NCBI GenBank assembly: GCA_963817915.1
Contig: CAWFQL010000006.1
Span: forward strand, 1-64,000
Source of the DNA: an uncultured candidate division Zixibacteria bacterium
Lineage (GTDB): Bacteria > Zixibacteria > MSB-5A5 > UBA10806
DNA length: 64,000 nucleotides
Direction: 5' to 3'
Position 1 is the first letter of the stretch. Every line of letters begins with the position of its first letter. This document shows positions 55,774 through 64,000 of this stretch, piece by piece. The position numbers and the translations under genes were made by a program. The notes beneath the pieces were generated by a model. It searched no databases. It saw only the letters and a program-made list of their open reading frames with translations, and was not told the origin of the DNA.

Positions 55774-55950
55774 AGCTGCACTACCTACCATAAATCTTCG
55801 GCGTCAAGCGGCTTAACCTGACTTTTTCCGCTCTCGGTGGTTTCATTTCAGCAACATGGCAAGTTAACAAATATCTCAGCCGTGCCATGGCGCCCGACTG
55901 TCACCCAATACGCAACGAGCAAATTACTCAATTGCTTTGATATTCGCCAT

Positions 55951-55984
55951 AAAAAAATCAGGGGCGGTTTGAAATCCGCCCCTG
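55951..55984 (-). terminator. Intrinsic terminator after the ornithine aminotransferase gene
   Basis: CAGGGGCGG-loop-CCGCCCCTG with a T7 tract on the minus strand. Confidence 0.75.
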
Positions 55985-56031
55985 CTGAATATTTCTGCTC
56001 TTAATAGAACTAACCTATCGATTTGCTGTCT

Positions 56032-57315
56032 TCAATCCACCAATATCTTCTCTAATCTTTCGACAAGATATTCGATCTCATCATCGTTGATGATGAGCGG
56101 CGGAGAAATACGGATCGTATGGCCGTGGCTGTCATTGGCCAGTATGCCAAGATCGAGCAGCTTGCGGCAATAACCCATGGCGTCGCTGTTGTTCACCTCG
56201 ATACCGATGAATAATCCCTTGCCGCGAACTTCCTTTACATGCGTAGATCGTTTGGCGATATCCACGATCTTCTTTTTGAGGATTTCGCCCTTCGATGCCG
56301 CGCGACCCGGCAGGTTCTCGTCAATCAAGACATCGATTGCGGCGTTGCCCGCTACGCAGGCCAATGGATATCCGCCGTATGTGGAGCCATCGGAGCCGGG
56401 TTGGAACGCCTTATCCATTATCTTGGAATTAGTCAGGAAAACTGACACAGGCACCAATCCGCCGGAAATCGCCTTGCCCAATATCAAGCCGTCGGGAATA
56501 ACATTCTCGTGCTCGAAACAAAACATCTTGCCGGTTCTGCCAAGTCCGACCTGGATTTCATCGAATATCAAAAACAAATCATTGGTATCGGCGAGATTGC
56601 GCAGACCCTGCAGGAATCCGGCCGGCGGTTGATACATGCCGCCTTCGCCCTGCATCGGCTCGACGAGGATACCGCAAGTGTTCTTATTGATTAATTTCTC
56701 GACTTCTTTGAGATTGCCATATTCAGCCGAGACAAATCCGGGGGTCAACGGCCCAAAGCCGGTCTTGTACTTTGCAGTAGTTGAGAATGATATTACGGTA
56801 ATCATTCGGCCATGGAAATTATTATTGAAAACGATTATTTCCTGTTTGCCATCTGGAATACCTTTGGCTTTATAGCCATAATAACGAGCCATTTTGATTG
56901 CCGTCTCTACCGATTCCACTCCGCCATTTTTCGGCAGTACCTTATTGCCATTATTTCCGAAACGGGGTCCGAGCTGTGGCGGCAGAGTAGCGATTTTCTT
57001 CAGGAATACGCCGAGCGCATCGGTATATACGACATTGGAAATGACAGAGGCATAATCGCCTTGCAGAGCATCAACTAACGCTTTTACGATTCGCGGATGA
57101 TGGTGACCCTGATTGGCCGCGGAATATGCCGCCAGACAATCGAGATATTTTTTATCATCGATACCGGTCAGCCAGGCGCCCTTGGTTTTGCGAACTACCA
57201 GTCCCAGACGACCATAATGATGCGCGCCAAATTTGCTTTCAAATCCGTAAATTTCCTCGTCCGGAATCTGCGAAAAACCAAATGTATTTTTATTAATGAC
57301 GTTAATGTTCGTCAT
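56032..57315 (-). CDS. rocD: Ornithine aminotransferase (class III PLP aminotransferase)
   Basis: YLDCLAAYSAANQGHHHP, NGGVESVETAIK, NNFHGR, EPMQGEGG, DEIQVGLGRTG, LGKAISGG, TIRISPPL. Confidence 0.9.
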   Translation of the reverse strand: MTNINVINKNTFGFSQIPDEEIYGFESKFGAHHYGRLGLVVRKTKGAWLTGIDDKKYLDCLAAYSAANQGHHHPRIVKALVDALQGDYASVISNVVYTDALGVFLKKIATLPPQLGPRFGNNGNKVLPKNGGVESVETAIKMARYYGYKAKGIPDGKQEIIVFNNNFHGRMITVISFSTTAKYKTGFGPLTPGFVSAEYGNLKEVEKLINKNTCGILVEPMQGEGGMYQPPAGFLQGLRNLADTNDLFLIFDEIQVGLGRTGKMFCFEHENVIPDGLILGKAISGGLVPVSVFLTNSKIMDKAFQPGSDGSTYGGYPLACVAGNAAIDVLIDENLPGRAASKGEILKKKIVDIAKRSTHVKEVRGKGLFIGIEVNNSDAMGYCRKLLDLGILANDSHGHTIRISPPLIINDDEIEYLVERLEKILVD

Positions 57316-57730
57316 AGCCAACTCCTTGCTAATAGAACTAATTATGTTTGCTTTTGACTAAAAACAGATATGTATTGGGCGAGGAATTAAAGCTGTCCTT
57401 TGAGGTAAATACGCCAAAGGATTCGACGTTGCAGCCTGTTGCAGGCTTCGCTATTTTTCATCAGGCTTTTCATGTCATTAACTTACTATCATTCAAGGTC
57501 TTTGTCAAGTACTATCGCCTCTTAAGCCGATGTCTATAATACTATTATCGGCCTTTTTTACATCTATATTTAATACGAAATATGGGCAAGAAAGGTTTCC
57601 GAGAGCATAGACCTGCCGGCGTGAGTCTCTATATTTGAACATGTATATGCTACTGTGGAGACACAAGATTTCGCGTCTCCACAGGTATTAGATTTCTTAT
57701 TTTTAACTAATGAAGGGCTAATGTTTTTGG

Positions 57731-57955
57731 TTATCTGCCTGCTTTGAGCCTTTCTCTAATCTGCCTTAATAAGAGCACAACCACGAATATCATCAGCATC
57801 GATGAAAATTCGAAAAGCCTTCCGGGTGTATATGTCAGCCATGACACGGTCCAACCAAAGACACCCAATATCCAGTTCACGATTGCCATAACCAGGATGA
57901 TTAATGCTATCGCGAAAAATATCCTGGAAAATACGCTGGTTAATTTATCAATCAT
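57731..57955 (-). CDS. Small two-TM hypothetical protein
   Basis: GAGG SD; two hydrophobic helices; LLLRQIRE tail. Confidence 0.65.
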   Translation of the reverse strand: MIDKLTSVFSRIFFAIALIILVMAIVNWILGVFGWTVSWLTYTPGRLFEFSSMLMIFVVVLLLRQIRERLKAGR

Positions 57956-57980
57956 ATATTTACCTCTTGAAAAAATGGCG

Positions 57981-58259
57981 TTAATTTCTGGTTACGGTCC
58001 AGACATCATTGAGCATCTTTTTGGCTCTAAAATCGACACGGACAATCTTGATGTTGCCGGCATTGTCCTGAAACCACATCTGAACCCATTCCGGATAGGC
58101 CGGGATCGATGTCACGGATACCAATGTCCCATAGGAAAGCGGGATCGTTTTAATATCCGAATAATCCGCCGCGTTTGTTGGCGGATTAATCTTTTGACAT
58201 GTGAAAACAACGCTGCACATCACCAATGAGATCACGAGCACTGCGATTTTTATTTTCAT
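57981..58259 (-). CDS. Small exported hypothetical protein
   Basis: AGGAGG SD; signal peptide; IP..YG.LVSVT...WFQD..G.I.IV. Confidence 0.65.
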   Translation of the reverse strand: MKIKIAVLVISLVMCSVVFTCQKINPPTNAADYSDIKTIPLSYGTLVSVTSIPAYPEWVQMWFQDNAGNIKIVRVDFRAKKMLNDVWTVTRN

Positions 58260-58641
58260 AAATCCTCCTTTGGGCTTTGAGGTTTTTAACTATGTTTAAA
58301 TTATTTATGATTCATGGCAAGATGGCAGAATAACCAATTAATCATATTTGGCTTTCGAGCAGAAATCTGATATGAGCATCGACTGATAAAATAGTGCCGC
58401 CCCGGTAAATATTTATATCTTTCTAAAGAGACCCTGATGCGAATTAAGCTATGCGCAAAAAAACTATCTTAATGGCGCAGGCTTGTCAAGAGAATATGGA
58501 CTTCTGAAGGCAATTAAGTAAGGACTTGCGATCGCGGGTATTTATGTCTCTACAGATCATATCTTATCCGTAGAGACGCAATATCTTGCGTCTCTACCGC
58601 GGACAGGCAATATCGACTGGACAAACTGGATGATCTGAGGT

Positions 58642-59514
58642 ATGAATTATTGTGTTGATTTAAAGGGGATAGATTGGAGCAAGCCCAAAAAAATCGTCAT
58701 TATATCGGATGGCACCGGCCAGACCGCCAAAAGACTTATGGATGCCGTGTTGTCCCAGTATTCTAATAAACAGGTCGAATATTCTCTCGTGGATATTTAT
58801 CGTGAGATAAGAAGCAAACGCGCCTTGGATAAAGTTTTGGGCGATATCGACAATGAATATCTGGTAATTTATTCGATTATTTCAGAAGACCTCAGCAGTT
58901 ATTTCAACAAAAAACTTTCAGAAAAAGGCATAGTAAGTATTAATGTCCTTACTCCGATGCTGGAGACAATGTCAAAATTCCTTGGGGTGCATCCCGATTA
59001 TCATCCGGGGATACTACAGATTATCGATGACAGATACTATAAGAAAATAGATGCCATAGGATTCACGGTCGAGCACGATGATGGCCGCGGACAATCGCAT
59101 CACGAAGCCGATCTAATTTTATTAGGCGCATCACGAACCTGCAAGACTCCAATAAGCATGTATCTGGCCTGCAATTTCGGGTTGAAGGCGGCCAATATCC
59201 CGATTTTCAGCCATCCCACAATGGAAAGCAATCTGCTGGCAAAATTGTCATCGACTAATCCTAAGAAAATTATCGGGCTTACAATGCAACCGGAGGTTCT
59301 GGCGCGGATCAGACAAGAACGTTCGCAGTATCTGGCAGCACCGGGAGCTCAAAAAGATATCAAATCATATTTCGATTTGCGGGATATCCGGGATGAATTG
59401 CGGTTTTGCCAGGAGATTTTCACAAACCACGGCTGGCAAATTCTGGATGTGACCCGGCGAGCTATCGAAGAGGTCTCCATAGAGATTGTAGATAAGCTCT
59501 CTTACGAAAAATAA
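58642..59514 (+). CDS. PEP synthase/PPDK regulatory kinase-pyrophosphorylase (DUF299)
   Basis: ISDGTGQTA, YYKKIDAIGFTVEHDDG, GASRTCKTP.S.YLA, DVTRRAIEE. Confidence 0.9.
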   Translation: MNYCVDLKGIDWSKPKKIVIISDGTGQTAKRLMDAVLSQYSNKQVEYSLVDIYREIRSKRALDKVLGDIDNEYLVIYSIISEDLSSYFNKKLSEKGIVSINVLTPMLETMSKFLGVHPDYHPGILQIIDDRYYKKIDAIGFTVEHDDGRGQSHHEADLILLGASRTCKTPISMYLACNFGLKAANIPIFSHPTMESNLLAKLSSTNPKKIIGLTMQPEVLARIRQERSQYLAAPGAQKDIKSYFDLRDIRDELRFCQEIFTNHGWQILDVTRRAIEEVSIEIVDKLSYEK

Positions 59515-59640
59515 TTTGCTTCTATGGACAGCAAGAGCATTTGGGATCTAAAATCGAATTTATTACTTCTATTTTGGGATTTTCGATAAATAAAACTATC
59601 GGCTAAACAGCTTGCCTGGCGGGGATATAATTTAAACCCC

Positions 59641-59685
59641 TTGACACATTCTCAAAATGAGAATATATATTCTCAAAATGAGAAT
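59641..59685 (+). promoter_or_regulatory. sigma70 promoter with two identical palindromic operators
   Basis: TTGACA at 59641, AT-rich -10 at ~59664-59671; ATTCTCA-AAA-TGAGAAT at 59648-59664 and 59669-59685. Confidence 0.8.
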
Positions 59686-59697
59686 GGAAGATTAGAC

Positions 59698-60279
59698 ATG
59701 CTGAACAGTTTATTTTCAAAGACCAAACGCAGGCTTCTAGCCCTCATTTTTCTGAATCCCGATAAACAATACTATCTGATAGAGATCGCCCGCGTGACAG
59801 GAATTAGTCAGGGCACGTTGCATCGAGAAATAAAACCGCTCATTTATGACGGAATTCTGCAATCTGAAAGACGGGGCAGCCAGATATATTATTCTGTCAA
59901 CAAATCCAATCCGATTTATGCTGAGCTTCGAGGCATTATCTATAAAACCTTTGGCGTTTCGGATGTCTTAACTTCAGCCCTTAAACCGCTCAAGAAAAAA
60001 ATAAAAGTTGCTTTCATTTATGGCTCAATCGCCAAAGGCGAAGAGACGGCTCACAGTGATATTGATCTGATGGTAATCGGCAGTGTTAAATTTGGCGATG
60101 CCGTGTCGGCAATTTCCAAAGCGGAAAAATCGCTTGGCCGAGAAATCAATCCGACTGTCTATCCGCTCGAGGAATTTAAGAAAAAGTTAAGCGAACAACA
60201 TCACTTTCTCACTGCCGTGATTAAAGGCCCAAAGATAATGCTGATAGGCAAAGAAGATGACATTAGAAAGTTGGAATAA
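59698..60279 (+). CDS. wHTH + minimal nucleotidyltransferase (MNT) protein, putative antitoxin
   Basis: HTH (EIARVTGISQGTLHREI); AFIYGSIAKGEE..HSDIDLMVIG; LGREINPTVY. Confidence 0.88.
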   Translation: MLNSLFSKTKRRLLALIFLNPDKQYYLIEIARVTGISQGTLHREIKPLIYDGILQSERRGSQIYYSVNKSNPIYAELRGIIYKTFGVSDVLTSALKPLKKKIKVAFIYGSIAKGEETAHSDIDLMVIGSVKFGDAVSAISKAEKSLGREINPTVYPLEEFKKKLSEQHHFLTAVIKGPKIMLIGKEDDIRKLE

Positions 60280-60700
60280 ACAAAATCACTGGCTCAAGAA
60301 AGAGGCTACCAGCAAATCCGAAATTTCTGACCTGCTGGGTTTAGTTGATCGTCATCTAAAGGATGCTTCAATACCACAGCTTAGCGCCGATGCCCGATTA
60401 TCGATTGCATTTTTGGCTGTGTTGAGTTGCGCCACGATCGCGTTAAGAGCGGAGGAATACAGGCTGAAAACTGTGCCGGGACATCATCAAAAAACAATCG
60501 ATTCTCTGCAATTTACTCTAAATCCCGGTTCTGATATCATCGACAAATTACGCGTCTTTGCGAGAAAGCGAGCGGATTCAAGCTATGATGTTTCCGGATC
60601 AATTTCGGATATCGAAGCGGCCGCGATTCTAACCATTGCCAGGGATATGCGAAGCAACCTCATAAATTGGCTTTCGGTTAATCATTCCAGTTTATTATAA
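60257..60700 (+). CDS. HEPN-like protein, putative toxin partner
   Basis: Overlaps the MNT stop; helical fold with GHH and RKRADSSY, a degenerate Rx4-6H/Y motif. Confidence 0.7.
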   Translation: MTLESWNKQNHWLKKEATSKSEISDLLGLVDRHLKDASIPQLSADARLSIAFLAVLSCATIALRAEEYRLKTVPGHHQKTIDSLQFTLNPGSDIIDKLRVFARKRADSSYDVSGSISDIEAAAILTIARDMRSNLINWLSVNHSSLL

Positions 60701-60863
60701 AAAAATCAATTTTGGGAATTTTAGACGCCCCGTCAATTAATTGATAGTCGCAACCAGAAGCTGTCACGCAAGATAAGTCTCCAGATTGAGCACACTTCCC
60801 AGGCCGAGATAAAAGAGACGAAAACTTATGAAATTAAAGGACAGTATTTTTAATAAAAAAAAG

Positions 60864-60936
<73 letters not shown>

Positions 60937-60999
60937 CCATTTTTATGTCGGCACGAATATATATACCGTTAAATCATGAGTCAAGGCGATAAATTAAAT

Positions 61000-61785
61000 T
61001 TATTGATTTTGATAAAAAATATAGCTGATGGTCGCCAGAACATCGTCACCCTGCTTGCGAATATATTCAATTTTTAGTGAGGCGTGTCCGAATTTCGTCT
61101 TTATATTAACACGGTCGCCCAATATGATTACAATGGTCTCGTCATATTTCTCTTTGCTATCGGCTGGCTGAAATCCGGTTTTGCGCAGTCCCGCGCCGAG
61201 TCTATGCGGTGACGATATTCCAATTCGGCCATTGGCGGCGTAAAGATAAATATCGCATTGGGGATCGCGCGCAGGAACCGAATTTTCGGTATCAAAACAA
61301 AAGCCGCCGTTCTCTGCCTCGTGTATCGATGATAATTTGAATTCCCCTTTTGCCAACGGCATGAAGCGAATTTCATTGGATGGCGCTGATTCGACTCCAT
61401 CAACCCCTAATGTCCGTATAGACGCAAAATAGGTCTTACCGCTGATAAGATTATCGAGTGGAAATGATTCGCTTTTTATATTGCCATCGGTATCGCCGGG
61501 GTAAGGAGCATGATTGTAGGGCTCGGGATGATTGGATACCCAATTCTTGAAATTATCCTTTAACGACTTCTCTGAAAGGTAAATATTATAGCCCGATATC
61601 GGCTTATCCGGTTGACGGTTTATCGCCCATCTAAGCGTGGCTTTATGGCTGGTGACATCTGCAGCCAGGTCGTAGGGAACAGGGATAATTACCGATGGTT
61701 TTATTTCCGGCTTGGGTTTGGGCCCGCACGCGAATACAGTCCATAGCGCAGCCATCGCCAATAATGACAGTATCCTGAATTTCAT
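61000..61785 (-). CDS. Lipoprotein with FN3-like domain
   Basis: VFAC lipobox; TLRW..SGYNIY...TYFASIRT..ESAPSNE. Confidence 0.7.
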   Translation of the reverse strand: MKFRILSLLAMAALWTVFACGPKPKPEIKPSVIIPVPYDLAADVTSHKATLRWAINRQPDKPISGYNIYLSEKSLKDNFKNWVSNHPEPYNHAPYPGDTDGNIKSESFPLDNLISGKTYFASIRTLGVDGVESAPSNEIRFMPLAKGEFKLSSIHEAENGGFCFDTENSVPARDPQCDIYLYAANGRIGISSPHRLGAGLRKTGFQPADSKEKYDETIVIILGDRVNIKTKFGHASLKIEYIRKQGDDVLATISYIFYQNQ

Positions 61786-61824
61786 GATTATTTTGTCAAA
61801 ATATTAATGATAGGCAATTGATAT

Positions 61825-62532
61825 CTAACGGAAATAATACACTACTCCGGCTTCAAGCTGAGTGACATTTTGTTTAATATTAAAATCATTCGGCGCTTCC
61901 AATGTAGTCAATCGCCCCGATCCGGTATGCCATCTGCCGCGGCCGGTAATCCAAAATTGACGCGTTATTCTGACATTCGCGCCCGCCTCGAAATGAGCGC
62001 CGACTGCTGTTCTGGAATCGCGGTAATATTCGGTGATAGTCCCATCGTCGCGCATATCATCTAATCTCATCGAAAATATAGAGAGTCCGATACCAACATA
62101 CGGTACCACTGGCTGCCTCGGAGCAAAATCCAGAATCACGGGAAGGGTCGCCGTAAATATACCGGCCTGATAATCGAGACTATGCCTCACGAATGTTGTC
62201 GAATTCGCGCCATCTCTGATAGTGCCCACTGCCTTCAATCCATAAATCGAAAAACCGGCATCGAGCGCGAAATTCCTATGAAAACGAGAAATATATCCGA
62301 CGCTGAATGATACATTAGAGCCGAATTTACCCATATTGCCGGTAGCAGTGGGGATTTGGCTATAGTAGAAGTCATGCATATAACTGGAGAACTCTGAGAA
62401 GCTGGGGCCGATTGCGCCACCAATTAAAACATACAGCCCGTTATTGCGGATAAAATCCTCGCGATCCTTACGCTGAGCGTAAGCGGATGTCGCGATAAGA
62501 AGACAGACTAATAGCATTACATATTTTTTCAT
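61825..62532 (-). CDS. Outer-membrane beta-barrel protein
   Basis: Signal peptide; PYVGIG; C-terminal GVVYYFR. Confidence 0.75.
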   Translation of the reverse strand: MKKYVMLLVCLLIATSAYAQRKDREDFIRNNGLYVLIGGAIGPSFSEFSSYMHDFYYSQIPTATGNMGKFGSNVSFSVGYISRFHRNFALDAGFSIYGLKAVGTIRDGANSTTFVRHSLDYQAGIFTATLPVILDFAPRQPVVPYVGIGLSIFSMRLDDMRDDGTITEYYRDSRTAVGAHFEAGANVRITRQFWITGRGRWHTGSGRLTTLEAPNDFNIKQNVTQLEAGVVYYFR

Positions 62533-62766
62533 GCGGTTAATCTATCAGGTGAAAAAAAATAAATCAATCAAAAAATATTCGCTACGAATCACGTTTTAAT
62601 TTGGCTATGCGCAATTTGCGTATAGCGGTCAGGGCAAGCCCTGACTCGCAATGAAATAAATCAATCGAAAATTTGAATGCGGGGCCGGAGATGGGTTTCC
62701 GATTTGGCTGAAAATGCGTATTTAGTAAGACGCAAAATCTCGCGTCTCTACCGTCATTGGGCCAAT

Positions 62767-62802
62767 AAAAAAGGCGATTGGGCTCTGCTTCCCAACCGCC
62801 TT
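62767..62802 (-). terminator. Intrinsic terminator
   Basis: AAGGCG.TTGGG-loop-CCCAA.CGCCTT with a T-tract on the minus strand. Confidence 0.6.
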
Positions 62803-62823
62803 GAAAAGAAACTTATAAGGGGA

Positions 62824-64000
62824 CTATTTCAGCATTGTCAATTTAATGGATTGCGCCGAATGTCCATTCAAAACTTTGGCAAAATAAATTCCGGTAGAGA
62901 CACCAATTCCGGCCTCGTTCTTGCCATCCCATAATATCTCGCTATCGGTCATTGAAACCGGCAGCTTGCGGATCAATCGTCCCGCAATATCATAGATTCC
63001 AACCGATCCATCTTGTTTCAGGTCTCCAACCGATAGCATCACCTGAGCATTGAACGGATTCGGATAGGCGGATAACGAAATCGTCTTGGGCTGTGGTGTA
63101 GGTTCATTGGAAACTGATGTGATCAAATCGAAATATTCCAGCATGCGCCGGAAATATTGAAGACGAGTCCCGGTTTGCTCGTTGTCTAATAATAAATGCA
63201 ATGGCACCGAATTCACGACCGCCTTATATCCATCTCTTTCGGCCTGAATGTCTGCGTCTCCGCAGTAGAGACCGTTCTCGATCAGGACTTCCCGAGAATA
63301 ATATCCGAAGCCTCCGCCGAGGATAGTACCCCATTGCGAGTCGGCAAATTGGTAAGATAGTCCATCGGCAAATGTCTCCGGTGAACCCTGGATCGAAATA
63401 TATTTATCCGGCGTGCATGTGGATATTTCGAAAAATAAATAATGGCTACTCAGAGAATCATGATAAACTTCAGTATAGTCATTAACAAAAAGGCGACCCT
63501 GACGATTCAAGTAGTCCATTAAAGCCAGATCCTTGGGAGTGCTTTCCCAATAATCTCCATCGTTGTTTCCTAATGTCACTACCCACAAGAGCGGCAAATT
63601 TGCCAGCATATCGCCACAGTACGGCAGGACATCGGATACAATGGCGCCATGAAATCCCAATGAATCGAGAACGCTCTGATACCATAGATTCAGGTCATTC
63701 GATCCTGCATTGCCGACAATGAAATAATCGAAATTGGCCGGATCGGGCAATAACATTGGATCGCTGATCGCCCAGCCTCCCTCGAATTCGCCGTAATCGC
63801 CTCTAATCCCATAATAGAATGTTTGGCCAATGATGACCTCATTATCTTCAAATGAGAGATCGACCAATCCGTAATTCCTTAATTGCCATTCGCCATCCTC
63901 GCCAATTCTCCGGTAAACATTGTACCCAACCGGACGGACAAGACCCGAATCCGCGGCTGACCATGTAAGAGCGATAAAATTACATCCATATGCGATATTC
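62824..64000 (-). CDS. Secreted protein (5' end outside the window) with FN3-like domain and T9SS-CTD/FlgD-Ig-like C-terminus
   Basis: Frame is open to the window edge (LTWS..VGYNVYRR); C-terminal AYPNPFN..IYDIAGRLIRKL..WDGKN..G..VSTGIYF. Confidence 0.8.
   Translation of the reverse strand, partial: NIAYGCNFIALTWSAADSGLVRPVGYNVYRRIGEDGEWQLRNYGLVDLSFEDNEVIIGQTFYYGIRGDYGEFEGGWAISDPMLLPDPANFDYFIVGNAGSNDLNLWYQSVLDSLGFHGAIVSDVLPYCGDMLANLPLLWVVTLGNNDGDYWESTPKDLALMDYLNRQGRLFVNDYTEVYHDSLSSHYLFFEISTCTPDKYISIQGSPETFADGLSYQFADSQWGTILGGGFGYYSREVLIENGLYCGDADIQAERDGYKAVVNSVPLHLLLDNEQTGTRLQYFRRMLEYFDLITSVSNEPTPQPKTISLSAYPNPFNAQVMLSVGDLKQDGSVGIYDIAGRLIRKLPVSMTDSEILWDGKNEAGIGVSTGIYFAKVLNGHSAQSIKLTMLK

Noticed and set aside
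55658..55950. preQ1 riboswitch upstream of queF
   Set aside because: No recognisable preQ1 stem with A-rich tail by eye; the region is explained by a REP doublet. A covariance search was not run.
59641..59697. N-terminal extension MTHSQNENIYSQNEN of the MNT ORF
   Set aside because: The TTG is the -35 box and the repeated peptide is the translated twin operator; the ATG at 59698 is the likelier start.

Overview
The window contains two compositionally different segments that meet abruptly at ~15,156. (A) 1-~15,155 is GC-rich, alphaproteobacterial-like accessory DNA. It carries a DUF3489 - DUF2924 - large serine recombinase module, three small cargo ORFs, and an intact IS21-family element (istA/istB, 4568-7109) lying between a DUF2924 3' remnant and a truncated IS1634-family transposase with no target duplication. 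It also carries a translationally coupled AddB-like/AddA-like nuclease-helicase pair broken by many frameshifts. (B) ~15,156-64,000 is lower-GC chromosomal DNA of a diderm bacterium, FCB-group-like by inference from a T9SS/FlgD-type C-terminal domain protein. It holds three tandem membrane-protein paralogues, a two-subunit fumarate/tartrate hydro-lyase, rpmA, an ArsR/permease/thioredoxin/CcdA cluster, the rpsU-yqeY-cvpA-mutS2-dnaG-sigma70 operon, rsgA, a YprB-like nuclease, HEAT and DxxGxDxY repeat proteins, a sigma54 regulator, hutH, exonuclease-dinG, a squalene synthase-like gene, queF-yhhQ, ornithine aminotransferase, a PEP-synthase/PPDK regulatory protein, an MNT-HEPN pair and tRNA-Phe. 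Scattered indels in housekeeping genes most likely reflect sequencing error. The most unusual signals are several families of REP-like palindromes whose loops carry second-order 15-20 bp hairpin inserts (empty and filled copies both visible), a 36-bp hairpin tandem array, promoters that predict leaderless mRNAs, a twin-palindrome operator over the MNT-HEPN promoter, and a divergent sigma70 in the rpoD position. All functional calls come from motif recognition only; no searches were run.
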